Positions 23,735 to 33,485 of a DNA stretch of 64,000 nucleotides are shown here, one piece after another. The notes under the pieces were generated by a model. The model worked only from the letters and a program-made list of their open reading frames with translations. It did not search any database and was not told the origin of the DNA. The first letter of the stretch is position 1, and every line of letters begins with the position of its first letter. The DNA lies in the NCBI RefSeq assembly GCF_018977255.1, contig NW_024704756.1, positions 17,050,001 through 17,114,000 on the forward strand. Direction: 5' to 3'. The translations under genes were made by a program, and so were the position numbers. This DNA comes from Callorhinchus milii (Eukaryota).

Positions 23735-24030
23735 CATCAATGTCCCACAAACAGCCACGGAGTGAAGGACCAATTTCCCCGGGGATAGTTGGCCAGGACA
23801 GCGAGAGAGAGAAACTCTCTTCTCATTTCCAACAGCGTCAGGGGATCCTTAACTCGCACGAATAGGCACAGACAGGACTTTGGTTTAACATCTCATCCGA
23901 AGGACGGCGTCTCTGACAAAGTGTCACTCTTCTCCCGTTCTCCTCCCCCTTACTCCGACTCCTGCTCAAAGCCCGCACTCACAAACCCTCAAACCCAGTG
24001 CTGAGAATACAACCAACCGACTTAAGCTGA
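23735..24030 (-). mobile_element. Deu-type SINE family B (degenerate)
   Basis: Reverse complement of tgtcagagacgccgtccttcggatgagatgttaaaccaaagtcctgtctg..gttaaggatccc..gtcctggccaac. Confidence 0.7.
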
Positions 24031-24827
24031 TCCAACTATTTCCCTCCTGTTTAGGGCCTAACTGACGTTCCAGGGGTCTACCCACTGGTGACTTTCACGC
24101 TGATTAACAGTCTGTAATCACAGCACATTTACCTGACTTTAAACCGCAGCTGATCTGTAAGAAATGAAGCGCATCATAAAACAAACAGACAACATATTTA
24201 ATGACACTTTCAGTTCTCAGCTCGAAATAACAAAGTTAAAGAAAGTCTCATAATAACATGGAATATGAAAACATACAGTAAGTCTCACAATCAATGTTAA
24301 CCGTATACGTTATACAACCTAGTGGCCACATAGGATATAATATCTATATCAGTTTGTATCGAAGCCCGGTGCATGTTTAGCATTAAATACTCAGAGTGGG
24401 TATGTATTATACAATAGCAAACGTCAATACGTTAGACAATAATAGTATTAGTATTGCATTTGGTACAGCGCCTTATCACGGCTTTGAGGCGTCTCAAAGA
24501 GCTTCACAGGATATACTGTAAAGTGAATTGACTGGAATATTATCATTTTAAGTGCTTGAAATTTTTTTCCGTGAATCAGTTTTCAAAGATGTGCTGTAAG
24601 TTGGTTGATGTGAAGGATTGTTTCAGTGTCTGAGTGAGTGTGTGATCCTCTCATGCACTGCACACCATCCTCCGCCTGGAGTTCATTCACAACACAACCA
24701 CTTTGCCAAGGATCCTGACTTCCTCTGAAATGCTTCCCCTGTGATTCTCGCCTGTAACTTGGGAATTTTTATTGCTGTTATTTTTGCAGGTCTGAACTGA
24801 GCTGGCATTTCAGAGTGGAGCTGCGGA

Positions 24828-24990
24828 TGTGTGTGTGTGTGTGTGTATGAGAGCGTATGTGTGCTCAAGTGAGTGTGTGTATGAGAGCGTGTTGGTGTGT
24901 GTGTGTGAGCATGTGTGTATATATGTGTGTATGTGAGAGTGTGTGTGTATGTAATATGTGAGAGAGCATGTATATAGTGTGTGTGTGCGC
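24828..24990. repeat. (TG)n degenerate microsatellite
   Basis: Directly visible. Confidence 0.9.
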
Positions 24991-25149
24991 ATTCTCGTTA
25001 GAGTTTTTTTTGTAGTGTTCCTGAGATGAAGTGAGACCGGTGACACTATATACAGTACTCAGCTCACAAACACCTCAGTGCTGGTGTCCGTGTGCATTGA
25101 AATGGTGGGAGCTTTGACTGAAGAAACGCCAAGCCCTCAAGGAGAATTA

Positions 25150-26075
25150 TTTGCACAATGCAAAACCACTACTTAATTGGGTTAAGCATTATTCTTTTTG
25201 ATGTTGAGATGAGGAATCAGTGAGGCAGAGCTTAAAAAATCAAAATTCCTGAATGCCAATAATTCCCCCGAGATGGATGGAGTAAACCCACAGGAGGTAT
25301 CGTGACATAAAGGATCTGTGGGGTCAACAAGCCTTGGCTCTTGCCAGCCTGTGCTTGATACTCTCTGGCATTAGATAAGCAGGGCATGTACTTCTGGAGA
25401 GAGAGCATCCAATCCATTTCAAGCCATGGGAGTTTGCATGTGTAGGTGGGATGCCATGGTTTGGTTTGAATATTGCAAAATATGGTGAAGAATTTCCATA
25501 TGTGCCAGCCTCCGGCTGAGCAAACACAAAGTCTGTGAAGTGAAACACTATGGAGCATTTTGAGAGAGACAATCAATCGTGGGGAGGGTTCCAACACACT
25601 TGGACAAAGCAAACATGGTTCATACAGTATATTCAAGCCAGATGACAGAGCCAGACCTCACAACTGCAGCCCCGTTAGCCTGACCTCGAGAATTGGAAAA
25701 TCAATGGAATCAATTAGTGGAAATCAAATGGAAGAGTATTATATGAGTGGAACCCAATAAATGGTAGCCAATAAGGCCTCAGAAAGGGGAGACCTTGTTT
25801 GACCAACCTCATAGGCTTTTTTGATGCGATGACATCTCAACAGGCAGTGGTGAAATAGGGGATTATACAGGCACTTCCAAACACCTTTGTCCATGTGCCA
25901 TATGAGAGCTTTGTATTTCACAAATTAATGACAGTGGATGTCAAAGTTACGACAAGGAATTAGATTGGTAAGTGCCTAAAAGAAAGAAAGCAAATGGAAG
26001 TCAATAAGGTCAGAATGAAGGGTAGCATTGAGTTGGTGTCTCAGGCTGTTGTTCAAGGATGTCTGCAGTTTCGAG
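25150..26075 (+). mobile_element. Degenerate CR1 reverse transcriptase fragment, interrupted by unclassified sequence (~25310-25640)
   Basis: Translates to NCSPVSLTSRIGKSMESI..SQ*GLRKGRPCLTNLIGFFD (CR1 NYRPVSLTS..GK.LE / SQHGF.KGRSCLTNL..FF), preceded by a PG.DG.HP-like segment. Confidence 0.7.
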
Positions 26076-26104
26076 AACATATGATTCATCTAGATTCTAC
26101 TACA

Positions 26105-26335
26105 GTACTCGAAAGAGAAGGGAGTTTCTCCCTTCCAGTATCCTGGCCAACAATCCTCCAGATAGAATCGATCATTCACTTCACGACTGTTTGTGGGACG
26201 CTGCTGTGCGCAATTGGCTGTCGCATTTCGCCCACAAAATATACAGTCAATTCACTTTACAGTATATTCTGTGAAGCGCTTTGAGACATCTCGAAGATGT
26301 GATAAGGCGCCACATCAAATGCAAGGATTATTATA
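26105..26335 (+). mobile_element. Deu-type SINE 3' half
   Basis: tcctggccaacaatcc..gactgtttgtgggacgctgctgtgcgcaattggctg..tcaaatgcaaggattattat. Confidence 0.85.
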
Positions 26336-26814
26336 AACTTGCTGCCATGTTTACCTACACTTTATGGTAAAATCCTGTGAGGTGTTTCGAGACCTCCTCC
26401 TGACGTGAAAGGCGCTGTATCAAATGCAAGGCTTGTTATGATATTCACAGACTGAGTGCAAGGTACTGTACTTGTATTTGCAGGTGAATGTGGAATCAGA
26501 GGAATAGATAAGAGGACATCACCAGAGAGGTTCACAGGGTATAAACAGCTGTCAGGTGACCGGGATAGGATGAGAGACACCAAGACACTTATTCAAAAAA
26601 CAACTGGATGTGGTATTGGGAAGTATGTGGAGCAGTTGTCTGGAAGGAAGAGATCAAAGGGGATAAAGGGACTTCTTTACCTGAACCCTTAACAGGCTGA
26701 GATTGCCTCCAACTGATCTGATATAGGCTACTGCCCCTGTTGTTCTAAATTGAGCCACAAGGAGGCACATGGGAGCAACTTGTCTTCAGGGGTGAAGATG
26801 CCACCAGCTCACAT

Positions 26815-27473
26815 CTGGGAGTGTGGACACACAGTGTAGAGGAGCTTTACTGTGTCTCTAACCCTGACCTGGGAGTGTGGACGCACAGTGTAGAGGGAGC
26901 GTTACTGTGTCGCTAACCCTGACCTGGGAGTGTGGACACACAGTGTAGAGGAGCTTTACTGTGTCTCTAACCCTGACCTGGGAGTGTGGACACACAGTGT
27001 AGAGGGAGCGTTACTGAGTCGCTAACCCTGACCTGGGAGTGTGGGCGCACAGTGTAGAGGAGCTTTACTGTGTCTCTAACCCTGACCTGGGAGTGTGGAC
27101 ACACAGTGTAGAGCGTTACTGAGTCGCTAACCCTGACCTGGGAGTGTGGGCGCACAGTGTAGAGGAGCTTTACTGTGTCTCTAACCCTGACCTGGGAGTG
27201 TGGACACACAGTGTAGAGGGAGCGTTACTGAGTCGCTAACCCTGACCTGGGAGTGTGGGCGCACAGTGTAGAGGAGCTTTACTGTGTCTCTAACCCTGAC
27301 CTGGGAGTGTGGGCGCACAGTGTAGAGGGAGCGTTACTGACTCGCTAACCCTGACCTGGGAGTGTGGGCGCACAGTGTAGAGGGAGCGTTACTGACTCGC
27401 TAACCCTGACCTGGGAGTGTGGGCGCACAGTGTAGAGGGAGCGTTACTGACTCGCTAACCCTGACCTGGGAGT
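26815..27473. repeat. ~55-bp minisatellite, 12 units, alternating A/B variants
   Basis: Unit CTGGGAGTGTGG(A/G)C(A/G)CACAGTGTAGAGG(G)AGC(T/G)TTACTG(T/A)GTC(T/G)CTAACCCTGAC; counted directly. Confidence 0.97.
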
Positions 27474-28198
27474 TTGCTGGACCCAGAAAGTTTGAAGCAG
27501 ACAATGGATTTGCAAAGGGAAAGAGTGTTCTATTCCCCTATCATTATGGGCACAACAATTGCAAAAAAAGTCTGTGTGTATGTGTGGGGGGAGGGGGGAG
27601 AGGAGTGATGGGCAAAGAGTGCTTAACTTGCAATTGCTGTGCAGGGGAGGGAGGTGGCACATCTGACCAATAACCACCCCCTGTGTGGAGGTGCTATATG
27701 AATGCAAGTTGTGGTTGTTGTAAAAAAATCGGGAATATTCCCGGGTATCTGGCAGCCTGGTTTACCCCCGGGAAGAGATACCTGTACACAAGCGGTACAG
27801 ACCCTGTGCCTTCCCTCCACTCACTCCGCAATGCTGATGCACCGAAATAAGAAAGGAGTAGTCGGCATCGCCGGGAGTGGGATTTCAGGAACACGGTGCA
27901 GCCTTAGGTTCCTGAGATCCCAGATTCCCATCTCTCTCTGTGTTCCTCCTTTCATTCCCTTCTTTCTTTGTGAGTATTGGGTAAATCTGAGGCGAGAAGA
28001 ATCAGTTACCCCTCTGTGTCCGTGTCCCTGTGATGGGCAGCACAGCCCACGGTAAGACCCCAAAACACCTGAAGAGCGGACAGTCGGGACTTGTGAGCGG
28101 ATCAGATATCAGATGCACTGAGTGATGCCCTCTGACCGCATTAACCCGAATCTGTCTCCATCTCTCTCTGTATCTCACCAACAGCAGCACAACAAAGA

Positions 28199-28487
28199 GG
28201 GGTGTGGGGGGTGTGTGTGGGGGGGGGGGGGGTGTGTGGGGGTGTGTGGGGGGGTGGGGGGGGTGCGGTGTGTGTGTGTGCGGGGGGGGTGGGTGTGTGT
28301 GTGGGTTGTCTGGGGCTGTGGGGGTGTGTTTGGGGTGTGTGTGGGGGGGGTGTGGGGTGTCTGGGGCTGTGGGGGTGTGGGGGTGTGTGTGTGGGGGGGT
28401 GGGGTGTCTGGGGGTGTGTGTGTGGGGGGGAGTGGGTGTGTGTGTGGGGGGGGTGTGGGTGTGGGTGTGTGTGTGTGGGGGGGGTGG
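28199..28487. repeat. (GT)n/G-run low-complexity tract (G4-prone) upstream of the putative promoter
   Basis: Directly visible. Confidence 0.9.
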
Positions 28488-28499
28488 TAGCAGATGAGA

Positions 28500-29027
28500 G
28501 AGAGAGAGCAGTGGGAGTGAGTGAGTGAGTGAGTGTTGCAGGTCCCTGCGTCTGAAAGTTACAAGTTTATATTCTGTGTATATATATATATAAAAACAAA
28601 GTTTGGGGGAAAGGGTTTAATATTTAATAAGAGGTGAGGCGTTGCCGGCTTCGGTTTGGAGGCGGGTGCGGGACTGGATAGGGTTTTCCCCCCTCCCTCT
28701 CGAGACAAACCCTGCACTCCCCACACCAGGCTGGCGGGGGGGAGCAGAGGGGGGACTCAAGAGCAGCAGTGGAGGTTTGACAGACAGACAGAGAGGGAGA
28801 GAGGGAGAGAAAGAAGGAAGAGAGGAGTTTGCAGCTGTGCGTGGAGGTTTGCGTGGCTGGTCCTGGATTGTACCAAATCTGCGGGATTTCTGTGCGGGGA
28901 TTGAAGAGAGTTTTTTCCCACCTGTGGGTTGTACTTTACCACCAGCAGCTGATCGGGACTGACCGTCTCTCGCTGTACAGGGGCTTGTGAGTAGCTTTCT
29001 GTGCAATCAGCCACAGAGCCGGACTGC

Positions 29028-29059
<32 letters not shown>

Positions 29060-29900
29060 GAACCACCTGCTGCCCTAAAAAAAGCTATTTTTTTCCCCTT
29101 GAAAGTTGTTGTTTTAAGTCATTTAACTGTTTTCCTCTGCTTTGAGCAAAGCCGAGACAGACAGACAGACAGAGAGAGGGGGGGGAGTTCTCGCCTCATT
29201 CGCTTCCCTCTTTCTCTCTCTCCCTCTCTGTGGATTCCTGCAGATACAGTAACCCCCGGAGACCCCCGGAGTTGCCGGTTGCTTGGGTTTTCAGCCGAAT
29301 TTCGGAGCGACAAAAGAAAAGCGAGATAGCACTTTCACTTTTGCCCACTCGTTTATTTGCGCTCAATGTGCGTCTGTCTCTCCCTACACCATGGCTGCGT
29401 CTCAGCTATTTACACCTCAGCCAACCCACTGAAGCTCAACTGCCTTCCAACTCAGAGAGAAAGCCTCTGAAGACTTCACTCCTCTCCATCGTCTTATTCC
29501 TCGTCTCGCGTGGGGCTGACCAGCAGAGTCCACTGTGTGCACTTGGAAAAAATATGTCTGCAAATGCAACTGGGTGGAAAAACACTTGGAAGTTTTGAAC
29601 GGAAGAGAGAGTGGGGAGGGGTGGGGTGGGGGGGGGGGGGAGAGAAAAACTACCCCGGGATTTGGAACCGAACTCCTGAGACCGGGACCACTGACTGCAG
29701 CAGCGATTTGGAGAGAAGTGGGGAACAGCCCCCGAGGGGAAGGCAACGGTTTGCAACGCGAATTGGGGGCCGTCTTCACTGAAGGAGTTGGAAACCCGTG
29801 AGATTGTGCTTCGATATTGTGCCTTAGACAGTGCTTCAGACGAGAAATACAGAGGGGTTTAAGGTATAAATTGCTCGCAATAGCTTTTATTAACGGCCGC
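28500..29900 (+). promoter_or_regulatory. Putative AR promoter / 5' UTR region (CpG-containing, GC boxes, purine tracts)
   Basis: TE-free, CpG-retaining stretch upstream of the ATG with GC-box-like motifs (gaggcgggtgcggg ~28659, ggcggggggg ~28733) and (GA)-rich tracts, resembling the GC-box-driven mammalian AR promoter with a long 5' UTR. The TSS cannot be located from sequence. Confidence 0.5.
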
Positions 29901-30304
29901 AGTGGTGTGTGGAGAGGGGACGAAGGAGAGAGAGAGAGAGAGAGAGAGGTGAGAGTGCAGACAGGGAAGAGAGGAATGTTACTCCGGGTTTGAGCTGCAA
30001 ATGGAACTACACACGAGGTTGCAATATCTACCTGAACTATGTAAAAAGTTATTTACATGTTGCATTTGAGAGGAGGGGGAGGGAAGGGTAGTTGTGGTGG
30101 GGGGTGGGGGGGGAAGTCTCATTTTTGTTTACAAAAAGCCAAAAGAAAAGCGGTGCTAAGTGCATTGGGGGAGGGAAAGGGGGTGAGAGAGTGCAGGTCT
30201 GGGCTGGGGAGGAGCATCGCAGTCAATCGGTTGTCAACTGTGGCATTTTGATAGTAAGAAAAGGACAATAATTTAATTTTAAATTTGCAAAGAAAAAAAA
30301 GGGG

Positions 30305-30893
30305 GAGAGAGACAGAGACCCCCCCCCCACCACCACACAGAGACACCAGTGACAGAGACACACAGAGACACAGAGAGAGGCGCACTCCCCCCCACACACA
30401 CACACACACAGGCATACAGAGATACACACAGACAAGCACAGGAGACGGGCACAGAGAGACACACACAGACCCAGACACACACACACACACAAGGACACAC
30501 ACACAGAAAGAAAGACACACACACGCAAAGACCGAGAGACACAAGGACAGACACACACACAGGACAAGACAGACACACACTCAGAGACACACAGAGAGAC
30601 AAGACAGACAGACACACACAGAGACACACACACAGACAGACACACAAGGCANNNNNNNNNNNNNNNNNNNNNNNNNNNNNNNNNNNNNNNNNNNNNNNNN
30701 NNNNNNNNNNNNNNNNNNNNNNNNNNNNNNNNNNNNNNNNNNNNNNNNNNNNNNNNNNNNNNNNNNNNNNNNNNNNNNNNCACACAGACAGATAGATAGA
30801 CAGAGACACACGCACACACATAGACAGACACAGACAGACAGACAGACAGATAGACAGAGACACAGACAGACAGATCGACAGAGACACACAGAC

Positions 30894-30925
<32 letters not shown>
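30305..30925. repeat. (GACA/CACA/GATA)n compound microsatellite abutting the AR start codon
   Basis: Directly visible; ends ..cagacagacagac ggggcgg ATG; contains an assembly gap. Confidence 0.95.
30652..30780. other. Assembly gap (129 N) inside the GACA/CACA repeat upstream of the AR ATG
   Basis: Run of N. Confidence 1.
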
Positions 30926-32420
30926 GGGGCGGATGGAGATGGAGTGCTTCAGTGGAGGGCACAATGTGCTGCCGTCGCTCGACAGTCAGGCGCTGCCCCG
31001 CGCCTTCCACGCGGCGGCGTGTGCGCGGGAGCACTCCCTGGGGCGGTACGAGGCACCGGCTGCCGGGAGGGGCGGGGCGGGGAGCGCCGGGGGCCCCCAG
31101 GCGGCGGGCGGCGGGGGCGGGGGCGGGGGAGGGCTGTTCTCGGGCAGGGAGGGGGTTGGCGCCTTTTCGGACGCCTCGTGCCACCCGCGGGCCGCCATGC
31201 TGGGCCTGGAGGGAGCGGCCGGACACGCGCCGTTCGTCATCCGAGCGCTGTTCAACACGGCGGCGGCGGCGGCGGGAGGAGGAGGAGGGAACCGCGGCGG
31301 CTTCGACGAGCCCGAGGATTATTTCTCCGAGAGCGATCACGGGCCGTTCCTCGGCGGCGGCTCCGGTCCCGGTCCCGGTCCCGAGGGCGGCCACCGCACC
31401 TACTCCCTGAGCAGCGACACGGCCCGGGAGCTGTGCAAAGCCGTGTCCGTGTCCATGGGGCTGAACCTGGACACGGCGGACCTGCCCGAGCCCTTCCCGC
31501 TGCCCTCGGCCGCCGCCTCCGCCTCGGCTCCCGGGCCCGGGCCCGCGCCGCACAGCGACTGCATGTTCGCCTTCCCGCCTTCGCCGGACGACGCCGCCGC
31601 CGCCGCCGCCGCCACCGCGAGCGGCCGCCGCCTCCTCCTCATGAAGCGGCGGAGGGCGGGAGCCGAGGATCCCGAGGGGATGGCGATCGTCAGCTACCGA
31701 CCGCGGAGGGGCTCCGGCTGCCCCGGGGCGGGCGGGGAGGGCGCCGAGGAGAGCGGCGGCGGCGGCGGAGGAGGACACGAGGAGGAGGCGGCGGCGGCGG
31801 CGGAGGAGGCGGCGGCGGGCGGGGAGGAGCTGTGCCGCTACCCCGGGATGTACCGCGGCTCTGTCACGGCCGCTTACGAGGGGCTCGAGCCGCCGCCGCC
31901 GCCGCCGTCAACCGCCGCCGCCGAGAGCGGCCGCCTGTACAGCGCGGCCGACAGGGAGCGCCCGCCGCCCGGGTTCGGGCTGCCGCTGGGCACCGTGAAA
32001 ATCAAGACCGAGGTGGAGGAGTGTGACGGGCCGGAGCGCGGCTGTAAGGGCTTCGGGCCGCAGTGCGCCTACACGGAGTGCGGGCTGTACAGCGCCAGGC
32101 CGCCCTGGCACTACCCGGACAAGGGCGGCGGCGGCGGGGACGCCGAGTACCCGCTACCCGCCACCGCCGCGTACACCGACTACCCCCGGGCCGGGCCGCC
32201 GGCTCTGGCGCTGCAGGACGGCCTGATGGTGGCTGCCGACTCGCCCTGGTACCCGGCCGGGCTGCTGGAGCGGGGAGCGGCCCATCACCACCACCACCAC
32301 CACCTCCCCGCCGCCGCCGCCGCCACCGCCACCGGCCGCCACATCAAGGTGGAGCTCGAGCATTGGATGGACGGACAGTACAACCTGCGGTGAGTCTCCC
32401 GCACTGTCGCTGTGATGTGT
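30925..32420. promoter_or_regulatory. CpG island over AR exon 1
   Basis: Extremely G+C-rich with abundant CpG (gcggcggcg, ccgccgcc runs), unlike the CpG-depleted intron. Confidence 0.9.
30933..32389 (+). CDS. AR: Androgen receptor exon 1 (N-terminal transactivation domain), coding part
   Basis: ORF contains the AR N-terminal signature ARELCKAVSVSMGL (31422-31463; human AKELCKAVSVSMGL), DCMF (human DCMY), SUMO motifs IKTE (32001-32012) and IKVE (32343-32354), and WYPAG..HWMDGQYNLR (human WYPGG..PWMDSYSGPYGDMR). Phase-2 donor CG|GTGAGT at 32389/32390, as in mammalian AR exon 1. Start could be 30933 or 30939. Confidence 0.95.
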
Positions 32421-32422
32421 GC

Positions 32423-33485
32423 TCCCCCCCCCCCCCCACTGGCCAACACCCCCCCCCCCCCCACTGGCCAACACCCCCCCCCCCCCCCCACTGGCCAACC
32501 CCCCCCCCAACCACTGGCCAACACCCCCCCCCCCACTGCCCAACACCCCCCCCCCACTGCCAACACCCCCCCACCCACTGCCCAACACCCCCCCCCCACT
32601 GCCCAACACACCCCCCCCCACTGCCCAACCCCCCCCACCCCACTGCTCATCACTCCCCACTGCCCAACACCCCCTCCCCCCCAACCGCTCAACAGCACCC
32701 CCTCCCCCCCAACCACCCATCAGCACCCCCTCCCCCCAATCACCCATCAGCACCCCCTCCCCCAATCACCCATCAGCACCCCCTCCCCCCAACCACCCGA
32801 CAGCACCCCCTCCCCCCCAACCACCCGACAGCACCCCCCCCCCAACCACCCGACAGCACCCCCTCCCCCCAACCACCCAACAGCACCCCCTCCCCCCCAA
32901 CCACCCATCAGCACCCCCTCCCCCAACCACCCGACAGCACCCCCTCCCCCCCCAACCACCCGACAGCACCCCCTCCCCCCCCAACCACCCGACAGCACCC
33001 CCTCCCCCCAACCACCCATCAGCACCCCCTCCCCCCCAACCGCTCAACAGCACCCCTTCCCCCCAACCGCTCCACAGCACCCCCCTCCCCGACCGCTCCA
33101 CAGCACTCCCCGACGACTCGACAGCATCCCCTCCCCGACGACTCGATAGCACCCCCCCCTCCCCACCACTCAACAGCACTCCCCGACTACTCGACAGAAC
33201 CCCCCTCCCCGACTACTCGACAGAACCCCCCTCCCCAACTACTCAACAGCACCCCCTCCCCAACTACTCGACAGCACCCCTCCTCCCCGACTACTCGACA
33301 GCACCCCCTCCCCGAATACTCGACAGAACCCCCTCCCCGACTACTCGACACTCCACCCCCTGACTACTCGACACCCCCCCCCAAACTTAACACCCCCTCC
33401 TCAAACTCAACACCCCCCCCCCCCCCAACAGACTCAACCACCCCCCACAACAGACTACTCAACAATTCCCAACAACCTCCCCCGC
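32423..33485. repeat. C-rich ~20-30-bp minisatellite array with progressively changing unit, at the start of intron 1
   Basis: Units drift CCACTGGCCAACA-Cn, CCACTGCCCAACA-Cn, CAACCACCCATCAGCACCCCCT-Cn, CAACCACCCGACAGCACCCCCT-Cn, CGACTACTCGACAGAACCCCCT-Cn. Confidence 0.95.

Noticed and set aside
26815-27473. CRISPR array or interstitial telomere
   Set aside because: Inter-repeat segments are themselves repeated (no unique spacers), and each unit has only one TAACCC, not (TTAGGG)n.
28122-28528. Gly/Val/Cys-rich keratin-associated-like ORFs
   Set aside because: Translation of (GT)n/G-run simple sequence in all three frames.
30279-31778. 499-aa antisense ORF and the 360-aa alternative-frame ORF (30944-32026) over exon 1
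   Set aside because: Expected shadow ORFs of extremely GC-rich, stop-poor DNA; the antisense one runs through a microsatellite and an N gap.
30933-32389. Bacterial contamination or horizontal transfer, suggested by very high GC
   Set aside because: Encodes AR-specific motifs and splices in phase to AR exon 2.
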